9,968 nt of DNA from contig CAYXWT010000001.1 in NCBI GenBank assembly GCA_964468895.1, forward strand, positions 40,855 to 50,822, in the 5' to 3' direction. Below the pieces are notes generated by a model that searched no databases, was not told the DNA's origin, and worked only from the letters and a program-made list of their open reading frames with translations. A program made the position numbers and the translations under genes. This document shows, piece by piece, positions 1 to 6,671 of this stretch. Numbering within the stretch: position 1 is the first letter of the stretch; the number at the start of each line of letters is the position of its first letter. This DNA is from an uncultured archaeon. Its GTDB lineage: Archaea > Iainarchaeota > Iainarchaeia > Iainarchaeales > CSSED10-239.

Positions 1-1320
1 TTAATAGCTAGAAGAAATAAAAAATGTTTTATTACAGGTAATACACCATTTTCAAATATAACTTTAGATTTAACAATACCTTCAACTTTTAAAGATAAAC
101 CAGTTATAATTGGAGGTAAAGTTCAAGATAAAATATATGGTGATTTTACTAAAGAAGTAGAATTATTTAATAAATGTTTATTAGAAGTTTATGAAGATGG
201 TGATGCAAATAAAGCTGTTTTTACTTTTCCTATACCAACAATAAATATTACTAAAGATTTTAATTGGGATAGTATACTAGCAGATAAAGTTTTAGATATA
301 ACTTCTAAATATGGTACACCTTCTTTTTGTAATTATGTAAATTCAGATCTTAATCCAGAAGATGCAAGAAGTATGTGTTGTAGATTAAGATTAGATAATA
401 GAGAACTACATAAAAGAGGTGGTGGTTTATTTGGTTCAAGCCCACTTACTGGTTCTATAGGTGTAGTTACTATTAATATGGGTCAATTAGGTTATCTTTC
501 TAAAGATGAAAATGATTTTTTAGAAAGATTAAGTCACTTGATGGATATAGCTAAAAATTCTTTAGAAATTAAAAGAAAAATTATTGAAAAATATACTGAT
601 GATGGATTATATCCTTATTCTAAATATAATTTAAGAAATATTAAAAAAAGATTTGGTACTTATTGGCAAAATCATTTTTCTACTATAGGTTTATTAGGTA
701 TGAATGAAGCTTTATTGAATTTATTTGGTTATGATTTAACTTCTAAAGATGGAGAAAAGTTTACTTTAAAAACCTTAGATTTTATGAGAGATAAAATGTT
801 AAAATATCAAGAAGAAACAGGTAATTTGTTTAATTTAGAAGCAACTCCTGCAGAAAGTACTACTTATAAATTTGCAAGATATGATAAAGAACATTATCCA
901 GATATAATTGTTGCTAACGAAAAAGAATATAGAGATGGTGCAGAACCATATTATACAAATTCAAGTCAAATGCCAGTTGGTTTTAGTGATGATGTGTTTG
1001 AAGCATTAGATATTCAAGATGATATTCAATGTAAATATACAGGTGGTACTATACTTCACATTTTTATTGGAGAAAAGAAACCAGATAAATTATCTATAAA
1101 ATCATTAATTCAAAAAGTTTGTAAAAATTATAAATTACCTTATTTTACAATTAGTCCTACTTTTAGCATTTGTCCTAAACATGGTTATATATTTGGAGAA
1201 CATAACTATTGTCCAAAATGTGATGATGAAATAAATTATAAAAAAGAACTTGAAAAAATAGAATTAGAAGAAAAAAATAAAATTATAAAAAATAAAAAAG
1301 AGGTTGATGATTTTGAATAG
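1..1320 (+). CDS. nrdD: Anaerobic (class III) ribonucleoside-triphosphate reductase NrdD, catalytic body. The 5' end is cut by the window edge. The ORF stops (TAG 1318-1320) before the glycyl-radical motif.
   Basis: Frame 1 has no stop from base 1. My translation is LIARRNKKCFITGNTPFSNITLDL...AVFTFPIPTINITKDFNWD...NPEDARSMCCRLRLD, so Met373 is internal. NrdD hallmarks present: SMCCRLRLD (373-399, thiyl-radical Cys region), GGGLFG, NLEATPAES, YYTNSSQ, and a C-terminal Zn-ribbon CPKH(x11)CPKC (1171-1221). The expected C-terminal RVxGY glycyl-radical motif is missing from this frame. Confidence 0.9.
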   Translation, partial: LIARRNKKCFITGNTPFSNITLDLTIPSTFKDKPVIIGGKVQDKIYGDFTKEVELFNKCLLEVYEDGDANKAVFTFPIPTINITKDFNWDSILADKVLDITSKYGTPSFCNYVNSDLNPEDARSMCCRLRLDNRELHKRGGGLFGSSPLTGSIGVVTINMGQLGYLSKDENDFLERLSHLMDIAKNSLEIKRKIIEKYTDDGLYPYSKYNLRNIKKRFGTYWQNHFSTIGLLGMNEALLNLFGYDLTSKDGEKFTLKTLDFMRDKMLKYQEETGNLFNLEATPAESTTYKFARYDKEHYPDIIVANEKEYRDGAEPYYTNSSQMPVGFSDDVFEALDIQDDIQCKYTGGTILHIFIGEKKPDKLSIKSLIQKVCKNYKLPYFTISPTFSICPKHGYIFGEHNYCPKCDDEINYKKELEKIELEEKNKIIKNKKEVDDFE

Positions 1321-1340
1321 AACTGAATTGGAAGAAAAAA
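1261..1340 (+). repeat. Pair of 16-nt direct repeats, GAATT[A/G]GAAGAAAAAA, at 1261-1276 and 1325-1340. They are offset by 64 nt and bracket the nrdD frame break.
   Basis: Read directly: gaattagaagaaaaaa versus gaattggaagaaaaaa, 15/16 identical. Each encodes ELEEK in its own reading frame (frame 1 and frame 2). The sequence is purine-rich and low-complexity, so a chance match is not negligible. Confidence 0.5.
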
Positions 1341-1453
1341 GAACTAAATGTGATGTTTATAGTAGAGTTGTAGGTTATGTTAGACCTGTAAGACAATGGA
1401 ACTATGGTAAACAAGCAGAATTTAAAGATAGAAAATTATTTAAAATAGAATAA
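1307..1453 (+). CDS. Mini-ORF (48 aa) encoding the NrdD glycyl-radical C-terminal domain. It lies in the +1 frame relative to the nrdD body and overlaps it by 14 nt.
   Basis: It is not in the ORF track because it is too short. Frame 2 is open from 1289 (after TAA 1286-1288) to TAA 1451-1453. From ATG 1307 it reads MILNRTELEEKRTKCDVYSRVVGYVRPVRQWNYGKQAEFKDRKLFKIE. The segment YSRVVGYxRPVxxWNxGKxxEFKDRK matches the conserved NrdD C-terminus carrying the radical glycine (GGT 1373-1375). GAGGT at 1300-1304 is SD-like. ATG 1307 is only 2 nt downstream of it, whereas in-frame TTG 1313 has a more typical 8-nt spacing, so the exact start is uncertain. Confidence 0.75.
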   Translation: MILNRTELEEKRTKCDVYSRVVGYVRPVRQWNYGKQAEFKDRKLFKIE

Positions 1454-1476
1454 TAATAAATAAAAATGTTTAATTT

Positions 1477-2142
1477 ATGAACTTAAAAATAGGTTACTTA
1501 CAAAAATTTTCAACATTGGATTATCCTTCTAAACTTAGTTGTATATTATTTTTAAAAGGTTGTAATTTTAGATGTGGTTTTTGTTATAATAAAAATTTTG
1601 TTTTACCAGAGTTATTAGATGAAACTCCAGATATGCCTTCAGAGGAATTTTTTAAATTTTTAGATTCTAGAAAAGGAAAGTTAGATGGTGTTGTAATAAC
1701 TGGTGGTGAACCAACTATTTATGGTGAAGAACTTATAAATTTAATTAAAAAAATTAAAGAAAAAGGTTTTTTAGTAAAATTAGATTCAAATGGTTCTAAT
1801 CCTAATATTCTTAAAAAAATAATTTCAAATAAATTAGTGGATTATATTGCAATGGATCTTAAACAAGTATTTCCAAAATATAATTTATTTACTAATATAT
1901 CTCCAAAAGATATAGAACAATCTTTTAATATTGTTAAAAATACGAATATACTTCATGAATTTAGAATTACAACTCATCCTGAATTAAATTTAGACGATTT
2001 TAATAAAATTATAGATTTAGCAAATGGACAAAAGATTTTTGTACAGAATTTTTTAAACAAAAATACAATTAAAAATTATGATAATCCTAAAACTATATTT
2101 TCTAAATTAGATGTTAATTCTAGTAAATATATTCTTAGATAA
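1477..2142 (+). CDS. nrdG: Anaerobic ribonucleotide reductase activating protein NrdG (radical SAM)
   Basis: It has the CxxxCxxC radical-SAM cluster motif CNFRCGFC near the N-terminus and a GGEPT SAM-binding motif (VVITGGEPTIYG). At about 220 aa it has the size typical of archaeal/Thermotoga-type NrdG. It lies 23 nt downstream of the nrdD glycyl-radical ORF. Confidence 0.9.
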   Translation: MNLKIGYLQKFSTLDYPSKLSCILFLKGCNFRCGFCYNKNFVLPELLDETPDMPSEEFFKFLDSRKGKLDGVVITGGEPTIYGEELINLIKKIKEKGFLVKLDSNGSNPNILKKIISNKLVDYIAMDLKQVFPKYNLFTNISPKDIEQSFNIVKNTNILHEFRITTHPELNLDDFNKIIDLANGQKIFVQNFLNKNTIKNYDNPKTIFSKLDVNSSKYILR

Positions 2143-2158
2143 TTAGTATGTGGTATTT

Positions 2159-4261
2159 ATGACTATTAAAGTTAAAGATAAAGATAATATATTAACAGAT
2201 TTTTCTAAAGAAAAGATTACAATTCATCTATTTGAACTTATGTGTTATATAGGTGATCCTAATTTAAAATTGGCTGAAAAATTGGCTTCTACAATAAACG
2301 ATAATTTATATTCCGAAAATATTTCTGAAATTACAACTAATGATTTAGAATTAATTATTAAAGAAATTTTAAAAGAAAAGCATTCTGAATTATTACAAGC
2401 ATTTATTTTAAGAAAAGATGATTCTAGTAATAAATTAAATGTAGATTTAGATTTAAAATATAAATTATTACAAAATATGTTTAATTTAGATTCTTCAGAT
2501 AAAGTTGATAATTATTTGTACCTTATTAGAAATAAATTAATAACTAAAGATCCTAATAATAAAAATTTGTATACTTTGATATTTAAATATATTAATGAAG
2601 GTTTATTTTATCCTTCTACTAATATTTTAGTAAATCTTAACTCTAATTCTAATAATTTATTTAGCTCTTATAATTTAAAAATACAAGATACTCTTGAAAG
2701 TATATTTTCAAAATTAAGTATGTCAGCAACTATTGAAAAAAAAACAGTTAATACTTCTATAAATTTATCTGATATAAGATCTAAAAAAGAAATTGTAAAC
2801 TCAATTAATAAAAATGCTTGCGGACCTATAAAAGTAATAGATTTATTTATATCTGCACATAATTTAATAAATTATAATTCTACAATGAATTCTAATAATT
2901 TATTTTATATAAATATAGAACATCCAGATATATTTGATTTTATTAAGAAAAGTGGAGAGTCTACTAATTTTAATTTTAGTATATTGATAACTAATAGATT
3001 TATGAAAAATTTATTAGCACAAAAAGTATATAGTTTCTCACAAAATAGTAATACTAATAATAATACTGTACAAAAAAAGATGAATTTAGATAACGTTGAA
3101 GAAAAGAATTGTGATTCAAATTATATTGTAGATCCAAATGCAATAATCGATTTTTTAGCAACAAATATTTATAATTCTAATAACATAAATATTATATTTA
3201 TAGATAAACTTAAAGAAAAAAGTTGTTTTTTAAATTATAAAAATACAGAAATATCTCCAATAGGTAATCAGCTCATTTTTGAAAACAATGGTTTTGTTAG
3301 TGGTGTAATAGATCTTTCTAAATTTGTAAATAAAATGGGATCTATAAGATTATTTGATTGGAATAAATTTAAAAAAGTAATTATGGATTCTATTAAATTT
3401 TTAGATAATATCATCGATATATCTTCGTTTATTGATGATAATTTTGAAAATAATATTAAAAATACAAGAAATATTTATTTGTCAATTACAGGTTTTGCAA
3501 CTCTTTTAAGTAAATTAAATATACCATATAATAGTTCTGATGCTCTTTTATTTGGAGAAAAGATTTCTGAATTTATAAGTTATTATTCTAAATATAAATC
3601 TATGTTACTTTCAAAACAAAAAGGTCCATTTTTAAAATACATTAAAAGCAAGTATGATTCTATGAATTTTTCTTTTGATACTTATCCAATTCAAAAAACT
3701 TTATTTTCTGATCAGAAACTTGCAAAAAAGTTATTAGCAAATAAAGCTATTGTTGATTGGGATGAATTAAAAAATAATATTAAAAAGTATGGTATTAGAA
3801 ATGCAACAACATATAGTGTTATTTTTTCAGATTTATTTAGTGTTGCTAATGATTCTACTAATTCAATTAATCCTTTAGAAAAATTAAAATATAGTTATGA
3901 TATAAGTAAAACTGAATTCACAAAAATAAATTCTGATTTATTATTAAATTTAAATGATGTTGATAAAAATATTACTACTGAAGAATTAGAAGAAAAGCTA
4001 AGTCCTAATCTTAAAAAATTATTTGTAACTTATAAAGATATAAAAGCAGAGTTTTATTTAAAGTTACAACATTCTTTTGAAAAATATTGTGATGGTATTT
4101 GTAATATAAATACATATGTTACAAAGGATAATTCTATTAGTGATATTAAAAATCTTATTATAAAAAGTTATGAATATAATAACGTAGGATTTTTTCCAAA
4201 AACAAAAGTAAACTCAACTTTATTTTCAACAAATAATCCTGAATTCAGAAAAAGCTTATAA
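2159..4261 (+). CDS. Class II (NrdJ-like) ribonucleotide reductase homologue with an N-terminal ATP-cone-like domain. Catalytic residues appear substituted, so it is a putative pseudoenzyme.
   Basis: The track ORF starts at GTG 2150, but in-frame ATG 2159 (MTIKVKDKDN...) is the more likely start. The N-terminal ~85 aa follow the ATP-cone pattern (IKVxDKDNxxxxFSKEKI...ITTNDLELIIKEILKE...LQAFILRK). The rest follows the RNR large-subunit barrel consensus block by block:
- FYPSTNILVN, LFSSYNLKIQDTLESIF, SINLSDIRSKK, ACGPIKVIDLF
- NIEHPDIFDFIKK, NFSILITNRFM, EISPIGNQLIFENNGFVSGVIDLSKFV
- FDWNKFKKVIMDSIKFLDNIID, TRNIYLSITGFATLL, QKGPF
- GIRNATTYSV, ICNINTYVTKDNSISDIKNLI. Confidence 0.75.
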   Translation: MTIKVKDKDNILTDFSKEKITIHLFELMCYIGDPNLKLAEKLASTINDNLYSENISEITTNDLELIIKEILKEKHSELLQAFILRKDDSSNKLNVDLDLKYKLLQNMFNLDSSDKVDNYLYLIRNKLITKDPNNKNLYTLIFKYINEGLFYPSTNILVNLNSNSNNLFSSYNLKIQDTLESIFSKLSMSATIEKKTVNTSINLSDIRSKKEIVNSINKNACGPIKVIDLFISAHNLINYNSTMNSNNLFYINIEHPDIFDFIKKSGESTNFNFSILITNRFMKNLLAQKVYSFSQNSNTNNNTVQKKMNLDNVEEKNCDSNYIVDPNAIIDFLATNIYNSNNINIIFIDKLKEKSCFLNYKNTEISPIGNQLIFENNGFVSGVIDLSKFVNKMGSIRLFDWNKFKKVIMDSIKFLDNIIDISSFIDDNFENNIKNTRNIYLSITGFATLLSKLNIPYNSSDALLFGEKISEFISYYSKYKSMLLSKQKGPFLKYIKSKYDSMNFSFDTYPIQKTLFSDQKLAKKLLANKAIVDWDELKNNIKKYGIRNATTYSVIFSDLFSVANDSTNSINPLEKLKYSYDISKTEFTKINSDLLLNLNDVDKNITTEELEEKLSPNLKKLFVTYKDIKAEFYLKLQHSFEKYCDGICNINTYVTKDNSISDIKNLIIKSYEYNNVGFFPKTKVNSTLFSTNNPEFRKSL

Positions 4262-4275
4262 TTATTTTTTAAAAA
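4262..4275. terminator. Compact bidirectional oligo-T terminator candidate between convergent genes
   Basis: Only 14 nt (TTATTTTTTAAAAA) separate the TAA of the RNR-like gene (4259-4261) from the TAA of cdc48 (complement of 4276-4278). This gives a T6 tract on the plus strand and a T5 tract on the minus strand immediately after the respective stops, matching the archaeal oligo-T termination signal. AT-rich background limits significance. Confidence 0.35.
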
Positions 4276-6555
4276 TTAATGAACCATAGAATTGTCTTCT
4301 TTATTTGTTTTATCTAAACAAATGTGATTTCTTTTTTTGATTTTTGAAATCTTTTCTATAGCTTCTTTAAATTCTTTGATTGTAATTTTTGGAATTTCTA
4401 TTTTGTGGTTTTTTTCATTTTGTTTTTTCTTTTTAACTATTGTTCTAATAGTTATCATTGCTGCTTCATTACAAATTGCTTCGATATCAGCACCAGAAAA
4501 TTTATTTTTATTTTCTTGTTTAAATATTAATTTTGAAAGCTCTTTTATTTTTATATTTTTGTCTACATTTATTTTTTTTAAATAAACTGCAAATATTTTT
4601 TCTATTGATTTTTCATCAGGTAAAGGAATATATAGTAATTTATCAAATCTTCCAGGTCTTAAGAAAGCATCATCAATAATATCTATTCTATTAGTAGCTC
4701 CAATTATAATTACATCTTTTAATCTTGAAACGTCATCAATTTCTGTTAATAGTTGTGCTGTAACATTATTATTAGTACCACTACTTACACTTGTATTTTT
4801 ACGATTACCAGTAATAGCATCAATTTCATCAAAGAAAATTATACTTGGTGCTAGTTGTCTAGCTTTTTTAAAAAGTTCTCTTATTTTTCGTTCACTTTCT
4901 CCAACCCATTTATTAAATATTTCTGGTCCTTTTACAGAAATAAAATTTGCATTAGATTCATTTGCTATAGCTTTAGCTAGAAGAGTTTTGCCAGTTCCAG
5001 AAGGTCCATAAAGTAAAATTCCACTTGGTGCATTAATACCAGTTTTTTCAAAAATATTTTTATATTTAATAGGCCATTCAATTATTTCTTTTAATTCTTG
5101 TTTTTGCTTATCTAAGCCACCAATATCATCCCATTTTGTATTTGGGATTTGTACTTGTACTTCTCTAATTGCACTTGGTTCAATTATATGTAGAGCATCA
5201 TCAAAATCATTTTGATTTATTATTAATTCATCAAGTATTGTTTTTGAAAGTGTGTTATTAATTTCTTTGTCAATTTTAGGTTTTAATCTTTTTATAGTTT
5301 TTAGAGCAGCCTCTTTACAAAGCATATTTAAGTCAGCTCCAGAAAAGCCATTAGTGTATTCAACAATTTTATTTAAGTTTATTGTATCATCTAATCTCAT
5401 ACCTCTGGTGTGAACTTTCAATATTTCTAAACGTCCAACTTTATTTGGTATTCCAAACTCAATTTCTCTATCAAATCTTCCTGGTCTTCTAAGTGCTTCA
5501 TCTATTGAATTTGGTCTATTAGTTGTTGCCATAACTATAACATTACTTCTAGAACTTAATCCATCCATTAAAGTTAATAATTGAGCAACTATTCTTTTTT
5601 CTGTATCTCCATGAGTATCATCTCTTTTTGGAGCAATAGCATCTATTTCATCTATAAAAATAATAGATGGTGCTTTTTCTTCAGCTTCTTTAAATATATT
5701 TCTTAAATTTTCTTCACTTTTACCATAAACTCCACTTACTATTTCAGGGCCATTAATTGTAATAAAGTTTGCTTCAGTTTCATTAGCTATAGCTTTAGCT
5801 AAAAGAGTTTTACCAGTTCCTGGAGCTCCATAAAGTAAAACACCTTTAGGTGGAGTTATACCTAGTCTAATAAATACTCCTGGTCTTTTTAATGGTAATT
5901 CTATCATTTCTCTGATTTGTTCAATTTCTTTTTTTAAACCACCTATGTCATCATAAGTAATACCAATAAAACCAGTTTGCATTTTTTCTGCAATTGTTAT
6001 ATTTGTTTGTTCAGTAATTCTTACCGGTCCTTTAGGATTTGTTTGTGTAATGATTAATTGAAGGTCTTTAGTTCTTCCATCTTTAGTAGGAATTCCAATT
6101 CTTGGAATTCTAACAATATTATTTTCAAGAAAATTTTTATGTAATAATGTGTTTTTTATATAACCAAGTATGTCAGATCTATTAAGTCCCTTAAGTATTG
6201 CTTGTATGTTTTCTTTATTATTTAATTCTTCGCTAACAATTGGTGCAAGATGTATATTTTTAGAAATTTGACAGTCTATTTTTTCTATATATACTTCTTC
6301 ATCTATTGTTGAGTTTGTATTATATCTAATAGAAGCATCAAATCTAATAATATTTGTACCACCATCATTTATTTTACCTTTTATAGCGTAAGCAATAGTT
6401 TTTTTTTTACTTTTACTTCCAGTTATTTGAATAGTGTCACCAGTACTTAATTTAAATTTTTTAAAAACAAGAGGGTCTATTTTAGCTATCCCCTTACCAA
6501 CTTCAGAAATATCAATTTCTTTTACATTCAAATATGCTTTTTCCATAATAATCAT
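4276..6555 (-). CDS. cdc48: Cdc48/VAT/p97-family AAA+ ATPase (N-domain plus D1 and D2 ATPase modules)
   Basis: There are two complete AAA modules. Walker A motifs are GAPGTGKT and GPSGTGKT. Walker B motifs are [10 protein letters not shown] and [10 protein letters not shown]. Second-region/Arg-finger motifs are [10 protein letters not shown] and [10 protein letters not shown]. The D2 pore loop is KWVGESE. The N-terminus resembles the CDC48 N-domain (LNVKE...[25 protein letters not shown]). An alternative start is ATG 6546 (MEKAYL...). Confidence 0.93.
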   Translation of the reverse strand: MIIMEKAYLNVKEIDISEVGKGIAKIDPLVFKKFKLSTGDTIQITGSKSKKKTIAYAIKGKINDGGTNIIRFDASIRYNTNSTIDEEVYIEKIDCQISKNIHLAPIVSEELNNKENIQAILKGLNRSDILGYIKNTLLHKNFLENNIVRIPRIGIPTKDGRTKDLQLIITQTNPKGPVRITEQTNITIAEKMQTGFIGITYDDIGGLKKEIEQIREMIELPLKRPGVFIRLGITPPKGVLLYGAPGTGKTLLAKAIANETEANFITINGPEIVSGVYGKSEENLRNIFKEAEEKAPSIIFIDEIDAIAPKRDDTHGDTEKRIVAQLLTLMDGLSSRSNVIVMATTNRPNSIDEALRRPGRFDREIEFGIPNKVGRLEILKVHTRGMRLDDTINLNKIVEYTNGFSGADLNMLCKEAALKTIKRLKPKIDKEINNTLSKTILDELIINQNDFDDALHIIEPSAIREVQVQIPNTKWDDIGGLDKQKQELKEIIEWPIKYKNIFEKTGINAPSGILLYGPSGTGKTLLAKAIANESNANFISVKGPEIFNKWVGESERKIRELFKKARQLAPSIIFFDEIDAITGNRKNTSVSSGTNNNVTAQLLTEIDDVSRLKDVIIIGATNRIDIIDDAFLRPGRFDKLLYIPLPDEKSIEKIFAVYLKKINVDKNIKIKELSKLIFKQENKNKFSGADIEAICNEAAMITIRTIVKKKKQNEKNHKIEIPKITIKEFKEAIEKISKIKKRNHICLDKTNKEDNSMVH

Positions 6556-6610
6556 CTTTATATTTTACAAAGGCAAGTTATTAAAAATTAATAATAATAT
6601 AATTTTGTAG

Positions 6611-6638
6611 AAAAAGGGTTTTAAGTTTTTTGGAAAAA
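6611..6638 (-). terminator. Oligo-T tracts downstream of topA (candidate archaeal terminator); the cdc48 promoter presumably also lies in the 6556-6671 spacer
   Basis: On the minus strand the 116-nt spacer reads ...CTCTTTTTCCAAAAAACTTAAAACCCTTTTTCTAC... This places two T5 tracts (complements of 6634-6638 and 6611-6615) 34-61 nt after the topA stop. No convincing stem-loop is visible. TATA-like A/T boxes occur further downstream but cannot be told apart from background. Confidence 0.3.
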
Positions 6639-6671
6639 GAGATATCAAATTTTGCTTTTTAGAATATTAAA

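Noticed and set aside
1293-1300. A-run (T AAA AAA G / A AAA AAG) as a programmed -1 ribosomal frameshift site joining the nrdD body to the glycyl-radical frame
   Set aside because: The direction and phase are wrong. A -1 shift from the body frame enters the third frame, not the frame carrying RVVGY, so +1 or -2 would be needed. The dnaX-like A AAA AAG phasing exists only relative to frame 2. Polymerase slippage or a plain indel remains possible and is covered in the finding.
1261-1324. The 64-nt segment as an intron (archaeal bulge-helix-bulge or group I, as in phage T4 nrdD) or an intein remnant
   Set aside because: It is far too short for a group I intron or an intein. The flanks are almost pure purine (A/G), so I cannot draw the two helices and 3-nt bulges that a BHB motif needs. 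Only a trivial AAUU/AAUU pairing is available.
1318-1326. Readthrough or reassignment of the TAG that ends the nrdD body (the only non-TAA stop among the genes here)
   Set aside because: Reading through TAG in frame 1 gives AAC and then TGA (1324-1326), so it dead-ends after one codon and cannot reach the glycyl-radical motif.
2150-2158. GTG 2150 as the start of the RNR-like gene (the track call, MVFM...)
   Set aside because: The in-frame ATG at 2159 gives MTIKVKDKD..., which matches how ATP-cone domains begin. GTG 2150 lies only 7 nt after the nrdG stop and has no better ribosome-binding context. The difference is 3 codons and remains unresolved without data.
4337-4585. 82-aa plus-strand ORF from the track ([16 protein letters not shown]...)
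   Set aside because: It lies entirely antisense to the well-supported cdc48 D2 domain. It is a Phe/Ile/Leu-rich low-complexity product typical of the shadow frame of a Lys/Glu/Asn-rich gene in AT-rich DNA, and it has no motif.
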